A DNA stretch of 32,000 nt from Trichodesmium erythraeum IMS101 (GCF_000014265.1 NC_008312.1:3600001-3632000), one strand, 5' to 3'. Shown: positions 1 through 7,779, numbered from the stretch's first letter. Numbers and translations are program-made. The notes: generated from the letters alone by a model not told the origin.

Positions 1-225
1 AGGCAAACAGAAATTACTGAACGCCAAGAAGAGGTTGCTCAAAAAAGAAAACCAAGTCAAAGTGATATGATTTTAATAAGTAGTCAAAACACTATGACTT
101 TGCAAGAGTTTACGAGTAATCTTCGTCAAAGAGGTAAAGAAAAAAACAGCAAAGGCAAATACAAATTGCTGAAGGTAGATAATATGTTTGGGATTATTCA
201 ACTAAAGATACTAATGGTGAGATAG
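1..225 (+). CDS. 3' end of a gene truncated by the window edge. Charged Q/E/K/R-rich protein whose tail is paralogous to ORF 515..1087. Possible GvpC-like outer gas-vesicle protein.
   Basis: Frame 1 is open from nt 1 to TAG at 223-225 (RQTEITERQEEVAQKRK...KYKLLKVDNMFGIIQLKILMVR*). The tail (aatatgtttgggattat) matches the tail of ORF 515..1087 (tacgtttggggttat). The downstream DNA (ttaatatagtattgacagtt; ggaataagtaattaagtttttcca) matches the DNA downstream of that ORF (ttaatatagtttag..ttgacaggt; ggaaaaagtaattaagtcgttcca). Confidence 0.4.
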   Translation, partial: RQTEITERQEEVAQKRKPSQSDMILISSQNTMTLQEFTSNLRQRGKEKNSKGKYKLLKVDNMFGIIQLKILMVR

Positions 226-514
226 AAGGACCGATAGCTTAATATAGTATTGACAGTTAACATCAAGATTCTGACTATCACAATTAATGATATTAGGAGT
301 ATGATCATACGAACATTAGGATAGATAAACTAATAGGGTTAAATTCAGAATTTATTGGGGCGGTGCAGATAATATAGTATGGAATAAGTAATTAAGTTTT
401 TCCAACGGGTAACTCTTAATTTTTTCAGTTGTACTTCCTTGATTTCTTTTACTAACTTTACTACTTTATTGTATCTGCTGCTGTTACTTAATTAATAATA
501 AGGCACAGGTTTTT

Positions 515-1087
515 ATGGCTCTTATAGATATATGGGAAAAAAGCACTGAAATTAGGAAAGATGAGGTGCTACAGATTCACGAGACAGGTAAAGAAGAGAA
601 GAAGCAAAGGCAAGATGTCATTGTTCAAAGGCAAAATGAGGTGCAAGTTATTCATAATGAAGCTTTAGAAGAGAAGAATCAAAGGCAAGACGTCATTGTT
701 AAAAGGCAAAATGAGGTGCAAGTTATTCATAATGAAGCTTTAGAAGAGAAGAAGCAAAGGCAAGATGTCATTGTTGAAAGGCAAAATGATACAAAAGCTG
801 ATCATGAAAAAGCTGTAGCAGATAAGTCCCAAAGGCAAGACGTCATTGTTCAAAGGCAAAATGATACGAAAGCTGATCATGAAAAAGCTGTAGCAGATAA
901 GTCCCAAAGGCAAGATGTCATTGTTGAAAGGCAAAATGATACGAAAGCTGATCATGAAAAAGCTCTAGCTGACAAGAAGCAAAGGCAAGATGAAAAGGAT
1001 GAACGGAGATCCTACGTTTGGGGTTATAAAGCTGGAATTGAAACAAAACAAACGAGTAGTAATGATTCATATCAGCAAATAGCATAA
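515..1087 (+). CDS. Tandem-repeat protein with about 5.5 x 25-aa (75-nt) repeats, highly charged and Q/R/E/K-rich. Function unknown; candidate GvpC-like gas-vesicle surface protein.
   Basis: 190-aa ORF. Repeat units are EEKKQRQDVIVQRQNEVQVIHNEAL (x2) and ADKSQRQDVIV(Q/E)RQNDTKADHEKAV (x3), then a partial unit. The period is exactly 75 nt, so the frame is preserved. It lies at the 5' side of the gvp genes. No sequence similarity to Anabaena-type 33-aa GvpC repeats that I can confirm by eye. Confidence 0.7.
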   Translation: MALIDIWEKSTEIRKDEVLQIHETGKEEKKQRQDVIVQRQNEVQVIHNEALEEKNQRQDVIVKRQNEVQVIHNEALEEKKQRQDVIVERQNDTKADHEKAVADKSQRQDVIVQRQNDTKADHEKAVADKSQRQDVIVERQNDTKADHEKALADKKQRQDEKDERRSYVWGYKAGIETKQTSSNDSYQQIA

Positions 1088-1652
1088 GCATCATGATCAT
1101 TGGAATGAATTAATTAATATAGTTTAGTTAAGGATTTCCTTTGACAGGTAGTTAAGAGCACAAAGTGTGGAAAAAGTAATTAAGTCGTTCCAGTTTCCTC
1201 GGAGCAGCTTCTGATTTCCCTCTTTGTGCTTCTTTACTCTATCTTCGACTATACATCTAAGTTTAGAATTGAGGTGTGCGCTTATTAAGCTTAATTTTTA
1301 TTCTTTTGTATGGGATTTTATTAATAAATCTTCTGCCTGAATAATGATATAGAATAGAAGTATGGAAAAACTACAGAGGAGAATAATGATAAGTTTAGGA
1401 AACCAAACCTTAATTAATAAAATCCTAGCTAATTGTTATGAACTGTATGAAGTTATAGCGACCATTAAACAAAAAAAAAGATTTACAGTAAAAAAAAATT
1501 AATTTTATTACTGTAATAAAATATTATATGTACTATACTATAGGATATAGGAAAGAAAAAGAAAGAGAAACTTTTTTTTGATTAGATTTATTGTTTTCTA
1601 TGAATAAAAAAAAAATGTTAATTTCCTGTCACCCTTGATTTTAAAATAACTG

Positions 1653-3533
1653 ATGTATTCCTTTGATAATCTGAACTTAGTAATGTTTAGTGGCAAAGGA
1701 GGCGTGGGAAAAACTACAAATTCTTGTGCTTTTGCTGGCCATTGGGCAAAAAAATCTCCTAATGAAAAGGTCTTGTTAATTTCTACTGATCCTGCACACT
1801 CTTTAGGAGATGTATTGCAAATAAGTGTTACAGATACACCAAGACCTTTAGAAGATTTACCTAATCTTTTAGTCAGAGCTTTAGATGTTAATCTTCTGCT
1901 TGAAGAATTTAAAAAACGTTACGGCGATGTCCTAGAAGTAATTGTAGAGCGAGGTAGTTTTGTTGAGGGGGGAGACCTGACTCCAGTATGGGATTTAGAT
2001 TGGCCAGGATTAGATGAATTAATGGCTTTACTGGAAATACAAAGGCTTTGTAACGAAAAAGTAGTTGATCGCGTAGTAGTGGACATGGCTCCGAGCGGTC
2101 ATACTCTAAACTTATTCAAACTAATGGATTTTTTGGATACTTTTCTCAATTCTCTAGAGCTTTTTCAAGAGAAACATAAATATATAAAGAAAAGCTTCTC
2201 AGGTTCTTATATACCAAATGAAGTTGATGAAGTATTACAAAATCTTAAGGATGAATTAGCAGCAGGTCGTCATTTATTACAAAATTCATCTAATACGGCT
2301 TGTTTAGTTGTAGCACTACCTGAACCGATGAGTTTTCGAGAAACTCAGAGGTTTTTAAGTTCTTTGGAAGAGATCAAAATTCCTTACGCTGGTATTGTTG
2401 TCAATCAAATTGTTGTAGATAAAGATGGTAATAGCGATCGCTACCACGAACAGCAAAAGTTAGTTAATGACTTTATTAAACTCGCGGGGGATAAACCAGT
2501 ATTTTTGGTACCCCAAGAAAAAGCTGAACCTTTAGGTGTAACTGCTTTAGAAAAGCTAACAAACCAAATTAATCAAGCAACAATTCAAGAATTCTCAACT
2601 TCTATAAGCTTCAATATTCAATGGCCAGAAAAGGTTCCTCCTGGTTTTACCGACTTTATCGGAAAGGGTAAACGTTTATTAATTGTTGGAGGAAAAGGAG
2701 GTGTAGGAAAGACTACGATAGCTGCTGCTATTAGTTGGGAAATGGCAAAACGATATCCCGAAAGACAAGTTAGGGCTGTTTCTATTGATCCTGCTCATTC
2801 TTTGGGAGATGCCTTTGGTATGGATCTATGTCATGAACCATCTATAATTAGTTCTAACCTTAAGGGACAAGAAATAGAAGCAAATAAAGTTCTTGAAAAA
2901 TTTCGAGAGGATTATTTGTGGGAATTAGCAGAAATGATGAGCGGAGAAAAATCCGAAAATCAAGCCTCTTTTGAAATGGCTTTTGCCCCTAAAGGATGGC
3001 GTCAAATTGTTGAGCAAGCTTTACCTGGTATTGATGAAATATTATCATTTATAACAGTTATTGAGTTATTGGAGGAAAAACAAGAAGATTTAATTGTTTT
3101 AGATACAGCTCCCACAGGGCATTTATTACGTTTTCTAGAAATGCCCACTGCAATACAGGATTGGTTAGGCTGGATTTTTAAATTATGGATAAAATATCAA
3201 GATATTATTGGTAAAACTGATTTTATGGGACGTTTGCGAACTTTACGCCAACGGGTGGTTAAAGCACAAAAAATTCTCAAAGATCCAAAAAAAACTGAGT
3301 TTATTGGAGTAATACGTCCTCAAAAAGGAGTTATTGCGGAAGCAGAACGTCTTTATAAATCTCTTGCAGAAATGCACATACCACAAAATTATTTAGTTTT
3401 AAACTGTTTTACCTCTAATAGCGTTATCCCTACTGACCAATTTCCGGGGGTACAATTTGTTTGTATGCCAATGTTACCTCGTTCAATTGAACCTATTGAA
3501 CAAATTAAAGGAGCAGCTACTTATATATTCTAA
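1653..3533 (+). CDS. arsA: Two-domain ArsA/Get3-family (SIMIBI class) P-loop ATPase
   Basis: 626 aa with two homologous halves. N half: FSGKGGVGKTT, STDPAHSLGDVL, VVDMAPSGHTLNLF. C half: GGKGGVGKTT, SIDPAHSLGDAF, VLDTAPTGHLLRFL. These are the ArsA P-loop, DPAHS and DTAPTGH signatures. The symbol is given as a family name only; no other ars genes are nearby. Confidence 0.9.
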   Translation: MYSFDNLNLVMFSGKGGVGKTTNSCAFAGHWAKKSPNEKVLLISTDPAHSLGDVLQISVTDTPRPLEDLPNLLVRALDVNLLLEEFKKRYGDVLEVIVERGSFVEGGDLTPVWDLDWPGLDELMALLEIQRLCNEKVVDRVVVDMAPSGHTLNLFKLMDFLDTFLNSLELFQEKHKYIKKSFSGSYIPNEVDEVLQNLKDELAAGRHLLQNSSNTACLVVALPEPMSFRETQRFLSSLEEIKIPYAGIVVNQIVVDKDGNSDRYHEQQKLVNDFIKLAGDKPVFLVPQEKAEPLGVTALEKLTNQINQATIQEFSTSISFNIQWPEKVPPGFTDFIGKGKRLLIVGGKGGVGKTTIAAAISWEMAKRYPERQVRAVSIDPAHSLGDAFGMDLCHEPSIISSNLKGQEIEANKVLEKFREDYLWELAEMMSGEKSENQASFEMAFAPKGWRQIVEQALPGIDEILSFITVIELLEEKQEDLIVLDTAPTGHLLRFLEMPTAIQDWLGWIFKLWIKYQDIIGKTDFMGRLRTLRQRVVKAQKILKDPKKTEFIGVIRPQKGVIAEAERLYKSLAEMHIPQNYLVLNCFTSNSVIPTDQFPGVQFVCMPMLPRSIEPIEQIKGAATYIF

Positions 3534-3599
3534 GATAGAATGATATGAGTTTTGCTAACTTTTTTTTATGTGGACTTAATGTCTATAAAAATCTTCTAA

Positions 3600-4016
3600 A
3601 TGTTTACTAGCCAACAGGTTTATTTATTAGCTATGAATAATTCAGCAAGACGTATAAGTTTTTCAAAAAACCAGAGCATTGTACCTCGGAAAAAATATGA
3701 CTCAAGTACATATTTAAATATATATCAAAGTGTTGTCAGGAAGGAACATTTAAGCAGAGAAATGAACAGAATACAAGAACGTTGTGATCAAATAAAAGAA
3801 GAAATTGCTTTTCTTGATAAAAAAATAAAAAATGAAAAAATGACACTCAAAGATCAAAAAGTAGAAGAAATAAACGAAGAAAAAGAAAGTAAATCATCAG
3901 AAATAAATGAAGAAAAAAAAAGTAAACCATCTTATCAACCTAAAATTAATGAGTTAAAAAATCAGACATCTATGCCAGTCCAATCAAAATTCAAAACTAT
4001 TAATTTCGGGTATTAG
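3600..4016 (+). CDS. Hypothetical K/E-rich coiled-coil protein with a basic N-terminus; possibly GvpV-like
   Basis: 138-aa ORF. The central segment (EHLSREMNRIQERCDQIKEEIAFLDKKIKNEKM) is heptad-like and is followed by the low-complexity repeat EEINEEKESKSS / EINEEKKSKPS. Its 3' end is co-duplicated upstream of gvpN2 (7780-7937). The GvpV call rests on remembered architecture only. Confidence 0.5.
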   Translation: MFTSQQVYLLAMNNSARRISFSKNQSIVPRKKYDSSTYLNIYQSVVRKEHLSREMNRIQERCDQIKEEIAFLDKKIKNEKMTLKDQKVEEINEEKESKSSEINEEKKSKPSYQPKINELKNQTSMPVQSKFKTINFGY

Positions 4017-4109
4017 TAATTAATTATTACCCCTTCATTAATTAACGATTACCTCTGCTTTTTGATGCTTGATATCTCCAAGTGCATCAGAGCTCTGGTT
4101 CAAGTTAAT

Positions 4110-4153
4110 CTTATGGGTATTACGGTATCACCTTATGGGTATTACGGTATCAC
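4110..4153. promoter_or_regulatory. Perfect 2 x 22-nt direct repeat (cttatgggtattacggtatcac) about 50 nt upstream of the gvpN1 start
   Basis: Read directly from the sequence. The gvpN2 upstream region carries a single degenerate unit (tttagggctattacagtactac, about 8072-8094). A conserved taggagg Shine-Dalgarno lies 9 nt before the TTG start in both copies. Confidence 0.4.
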
Positions 4154-4201
4154 ATCTAAAACGTTTATGATAATGTTTAAATATTAGGAGGAAATAATAC
4201 T

Positions 4202-5137
4202 TTGACTACTGTACTTAATGTCTCACCTGATAGATTTGTCAGCACCCCTGGTGTTGAACGTGTAACTCAACGCGCTTCTCGTTATTTAGAATCTGGTTAC
4301 TCAGTTCACTTGCGCGGTCCCGCAGGAGTCGGTAAAACAACTCTCGCATTACACTTGGCTCATTTACGTCAGCAACCTATTTTTTTAATGATTGGGGATG
4401 ACGAGTTTAAAACTTCAGATTTAATCGGTAATAAGTCAGGATATACAAGGAAAAAACTTGTAGATAATTACATCCACACTGTATTAAAAGTTGAAGATGA
4501 ACTGAGAGATAATTGGATTGATTCTAGGTTAACCTTAGCTTGTAAGGAAGGCTTCACTCTGATTTATGACGAATTTAACCGCTCTCGTCCAGAGGTAAAC
4601 AATGTTTTACTCTCTGTTTTAGAAGAAAAAATGTTGGTTTTACCACCTAGCCAAAATCAATCTGAATATATTCAGGTTCATCCCCAGTTTAGAGTAATCT
4701 TAACTTCCAACTCTGAGGAGTGGACAGGAGTTCATGCAACTCAAGATGCTTTATTAGACAGGGTGGTGACAATTGGAATGGAACAACCTGATATTTCGAC
4801 TGAGCAGAATATTGTCATACAGAAAACAGGAATAAACCCTCTGAAAGCTGAAGTCATAATTAAGCTGGTGCGCAGTGTTCGCCAAAGAGTGGACAAAGAA
4901 GATTTAGGTAGTTTGCGTTCTGCTCTAATGATTTCTAAAGTTTGTCACGACCATGATATTCCTCTAGATGGTAAAGATTCTAGTTTTTCAGATCTTTGTG
5001 CTGATATATTAATATCACGACCTAATTTGCCTCGGCAGGAAGCTCTGCAGCAACTAGATGAAGTTCTAGAGGAATTTTTCCCCGCTGATCAACCTTCAAG
5101 TTCTGATGTTGGGCTCGAAAAAGAGGGTAGTTTATGA
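4202..5137 (+). CDS. gvpN: Gas vesicle protein GvpN (AAA+/MoxR-like ATPase), copy 1
   Basis: 311 aa with Walker A GPAGVGKTT. It carries long blocks typical of cyanobacterial GvpN: FGDDEFKTSDLIGN.SGYTRKK.VDNYIH, RLTLACKEGFTL.YDEFNRSRPEVNNVLLS, HATQDALLDR. TTG start preceded by AGGAGG. Confidence 0.95.
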   Translation: MTTVLNVSPDRFVSTPGVERVTQRASRYLESGYSVHLRGPAGVGKTTLALHLAHLRQQPIFLMIGDDEFKTSDLIGNKSGYTRKKLVDNYIHTVLKVEDELRDNWIDSRLTLACKEGFTLIYDEFNRSRPEVNNVLLSVLEEKMLVLPPSQNQSEYIQVHPQFRVILTSNSEEWTGVHATQDALLDRVVTIGMEQPDISTEQNIVIQKTGINPLKAEVIIKLVRSVRQRVDKEDLGSLRSALMISKVCHDHDIPLDGKDSSFSDLCADILISRPNLPRQEALQQLDEVLEEFFPADQPSSSDVGLEKEGSL

Positions 5138-5445
5138 AGACAAGCGCTAATATAGCTACATCAGCCAGTGGAAATGGTCTAGCAGATGTACTGGAAAGAG
5201 TGCTGGATAAAGGAGTTGTAATTGCTGGAGATATTTCTGTTTCTATTGCTAGTACAGAACTTCTGAATATTAAAATCCGCCTGTTAATATCCTCGGTGGA
5301 GAGAGCTAAAGAAATTGGAATTAACTGGTGGGAAAGCGATCCCTATTTCAGTAGTCAAAACAATTCTTTGGTGCAGGCCAATGAAAAACTTCTTGAGCGA
5401 GTTGCTTCTCTCGAATCAGAGATAAAAGCACTTCGTAGTAATTAA
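5134..5445 (+). CDS. gvpJ: Gas vesicle protein GvpJ (GvpA/J/M family), copy 1
   Basis: 103 aa. LADVLERVLDKGVVIAGDISVSIASTELLNIKIRLLISSVERAKEIGINWWESDP matches the GvpJ core. The start overlaps the gvpN stop in ATGA, which implies translational coupling. Confidence 0.9.
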   Translation: MKTSANIATSASGNGLADVLERVLDKGVVIAGDISVSIASTELLNIKIRLLISSVERAKEIGINWWESDPYFSSQNNSLVQANEKLLERVASLESEIKALRSN

Positions 5446-5477
5446 TATTACTCCCTCCCCGGTCGCAAGATTATAAT

Positions 5478-5502
5478 AAGTGTATGATAGTAGCATACAC
5501 TT
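5478..5502 (+). other. Perfect 9-bp stem-loop (aagtgtatg-atagtag-catacactt) in the gvpJ1/small-ORF spacer
   Basis: The reverse complement was checked by eye. It sits in a segment of about 140 nt (5446-5585) that is absent from duplicate copy 2. No T-run follows, so it is not a classical intrinsic terminator. Confidence 0.35.
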
Positions 5503-5595
5503 AAAATCTAGTTTAGCTAAGTAATCTCTTAGTGGGAAGAGAGTAACATCATACCAATGGTATTTTCTAGATCACTCTAACAACAAAGGTAGAAA

Positions 5596-5820
5596 ATGGT
5601 AACTAATACAGCAAAAAAAATCAAAACTAGTTTGAAAAATATCAAAACTCAGGGAGATATTAAAACTCCGGGAGATATTAAAGCTCTGGAAAATATTTTG
5701 AGCAGTTCGGCTGTTCGTGGTTGTTTGTCTTGTGAATCTATAAAAGGTGATAAAACTCGCGTGCTTGAAACAGCTAGAATCTTAGTTGCACAAAATAGAG
5801 TTTTAAGTCAACAAAAATAA
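5596..5820 (+). CDS. Small basic CxxC protein at the position occupied by gvpX (between gvpJ and gvpK) in Microcystis-type clusters
   Basis: 74-aa ORF. The paralogous ORF at 9393..9575 keeps the frame and the core NIL.S...RGC.SC.SI.G....V..TRIL.A...V.SQ. The aa(a/g)gtagaaaa sequence before the ATG is conserved in both copies. Confidence 0.5.
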   Translation: MVTNTAKKIKTSLKNIKTQGDIKTPGDIKALENILSSSAVRGCLSCESIKGDKTRVLETARILVAQNRVLSQQK

Positions 5821-6013
5821 CTTTAACAATGGCGACTTGCTCAATGACAAACTTGTTAGGTGTTGTTAGTTGAGTGTTTCACACAGTAAAAAGCCAATAG
5901 ATAACTAAATAACTTTATATAAAGTTTTAATTGATAGATATTATCTCGTTTCATCTAACTATACCAGAGCGAAGCGCTATATTTTAATATTTTCTTAAGT
6001 AGGATTATTTATT

Positions 6014-6475
6014 ATGTCTCTAGAAAATTCCCCAGAGGAATCTTTAATTGTTCCCATTGACAAATCTAAAAGTAACCCCGAAGCCGGATTAGCTCCATTA
6101 TTATTAACAGTAATTGAGTTACTAAGGGAACTAATGCAAGCTCAAGTAATTCGGAGGATGGATGCCGGAATACTTAGTGATGAACAATTAGAACGTGCAG
6201 CTGAAGGTCTACGACAGTTAGAGGAACAAGTGATTAAGCTCTGCAAAGTTTTTGATATTCCCACCGAAGATTTGAATTTGGATTTAGGTGAAATTGGTAC
6301 TTTGTTACCCAAGTCGGGAGAGTATTATCCAGGAGAAAAATCTGAGAATCCCTCTGTTTTAGAGCTGTTAGACAGAATTTTGAACACCGGAGTAGTTTTG
6401 GATGGCACTGTAGATTTGGGATTAGCAGAGTTAGATTTGATTCATGCTCGTTTACGCTTGGTTTTGACTGCCTAG
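6014..6475 (+). CDS. gvpK: Gas vesicle protein GvpK
   Basis: 153 aa. AGLAPLLLTVIELLRELMQAQVIRRM...LERAAEGLRQLEEQ...LNLDLGEIGTLLP.SG.YYPG...PSVLELLDR.LNTG.V.DG..DLG.A..DLIHA.LRLVLT is the GvpK signature. Confidence 0.95.
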   Translation: MSLENSPEESLIVPIDKSKSNPEAGLAPLLLTVIELLRELMQAQVIRRMDAGILSDEQLERAAEGLRQLEEQVIKLCKVFDIPTEDLNLDLGEIGTLLPKSGEYYPGEKSENPSVLELLDRILNTGVVLDGTVDLGLAELDLIHARLRLVLTA

Positions 6476-7227
6476 CCAATTTTTTAAGGCTAAAAAACAA
6501 ATACCCGATATAAAATTAAAGTGCATTCTGGCACACGAGTATAAGAATCAGGAGATTTTTTTGGCGTTGGTAAACAGCAAGATGAACTGAGTGAATAGGT
6601 AGAGCAAAATAGAGTATATAGGTTGTGCTGGAGCTAAATAAGTTTATGCAATGTTCAGAGTATGCTAGTAAATATAGAGGAATTAGGGGAGTTACTTGGG
6701 TTGCCTGCAGCACAATTATTAACTGGGTTAAACTTGGAGAAAAACTGTTACCTTATACATAAGGTTCTCTAAGTCATCCCAGAATTTCCAGGGTTTGATG
6801 AGTTACAAACTTTATGTCTCCCCAAAAAAAATCAAGTTTTGATTGAGATAGTCGTTGAATAACTTTCTCCAGAGGTTCTTGGTCGGTTAATCAAAAACCG
6901 TAGTTCCGAAATCTTTATTTAACTCTGGGAAGCGATCGCTTTTTAGCAATACTATTTCTGGGTCAGTGATGAAAACCCAGATTCATGAACATTTATTCCT
7001 GAGCAGGAGTGGGTTGTTAGTAAGACCTATATAACAAGAGTGTAAGGAAAAAACACACTCGTTTAGGATACTACTTAGTTAGTTTGACTGCAACGGAAAA
7101 CGCCGTCCTATTTGAAATCTGTATAAACGCTGAAGCATTCCATAAGACTTTTAAATTCATGATCTCAAATTTGTAGATGTACCCCTTCGGTGCCTGATTG
7201 ATCTTTAAATTTACCAATGCCATTTTT

Positions 7228-7643
7228 TTAGCAGCCAACATATGGCTTAAGTAAGTTAGCAGTCAATATATAGTTTAAGTAAGAATAATCAGGCTAATAA
7301 AGTAAGTTTATTGTCATAGTGTGTAATTTAAGTTAGCAGCCAATATATAGTTTAAGTAAGAATAACCAGGCTAATAAAGCAAGTTTATTTTCATAGTGTG
7401 TAATTATTGATAATTTTTTGTGTGTCTAAATTTGATACTTCCTCTTACTTGTTGTCTGTGAAAAAATTGGATATATGATTTAAGTTCTGAAGATCTTATT
7501 TAAGTTTAAAGCAAGTTTATTGTCATAGTGTGTAATTATTGATAATTTTTTGTGTGTCTAAATTTGATACTTCCTCTTACTTGTTGTCTGTGAAAAAATT
7601 GGATATATGATTTAAGTTCTGAAGATCTTATTTAAGTTTAAAG
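7228..7643. repeat. Composite non-coding tandem repeat array at the junction between the two gvp duplicate units
   Basis: The motif ttagcag(c/t)caa(c/t)atat(g/a)g(c/t)ttaagtaag occurs at 7228, 7256 and 7333. A 77-nt unit (7256-7332) is repeated at 7333-7409. A 132-nt unit (about 7380-7511) is repeated almost perfectly at 7512-7643. Confidence 0.85.
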
Positions 7644-7665
7644 TTAGGTATGAGATTAGGGTGCA

Positions 7666-7735
7666 CCGATCAAGTATTACAAAATTTTCAGGATAAATTA
7701 GCAACAGGTCATCATTTATTAAAATAACATTTATT
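7666..7735 (+). pseudogene. Relic fragment of the ArsA-family ATPase gene
   Basis: caagtattacaaaattttcaggataaattagcaacaggtcatcatttattaaaataa aligns with arsA nt about 2230-2290 (gaagtattacaaaatcttaaggatgaattagcagcaggtcgtcatttattacaaaat). At protein level this is VLQNFQDKLATGHHLLK* versus VLQNLKDELAAGRHLLQ. Confidence 0.65.
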
Positions 7736-7779
7736 AAGATAACTGATAAAAGCTCAAAAATTGATATAATGAAATTAAG

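Noticed and set aside
740-1100. Minus-strand ORFs 740..955 and 918..1100
   Set aside because: They are antisense to the 75-nt coding repeats of ORF 515..1087. They are periodic artefacts of the repeat (the same peptide reiterated) with hydrophobic low-complexity translation.
1653-3533. Arsenic-resistance operon (arsA as an arsenite pump ATPase)
   Set aside because: No arsR, arsB/acr3, arsC or arsD is present anywhere in the window. The gene is embedded in, and co-duplicated with, gvp genes. The family assignment is kept but the arsenic role is not assumed.
4110-4153. NtcA-type site (GTA-N8-TAC) within the 22-nt repeats upstream of gvpN1
   Set aside because: The closest match reads gta-ttacggta-tca and so lacks the TAC half-site. 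It is reported only as a direct repeat of unknown function.
6234-6713. Minus-strand ORFs 6234..6500 and 6516..6713
   Set aside because: The first is antisense to gvpK. The second lies in the spacer, has odd composition and has no recognisable motif or SD. Both are treated as chance ORFs.
7228-7643. Possible CRISPR array or IS terminal repeats
   Set aside because: The units are 77 and 132 nt long and fully repeated, without spacers. There is no transposase ORF and there are no terminal inverted repeats.
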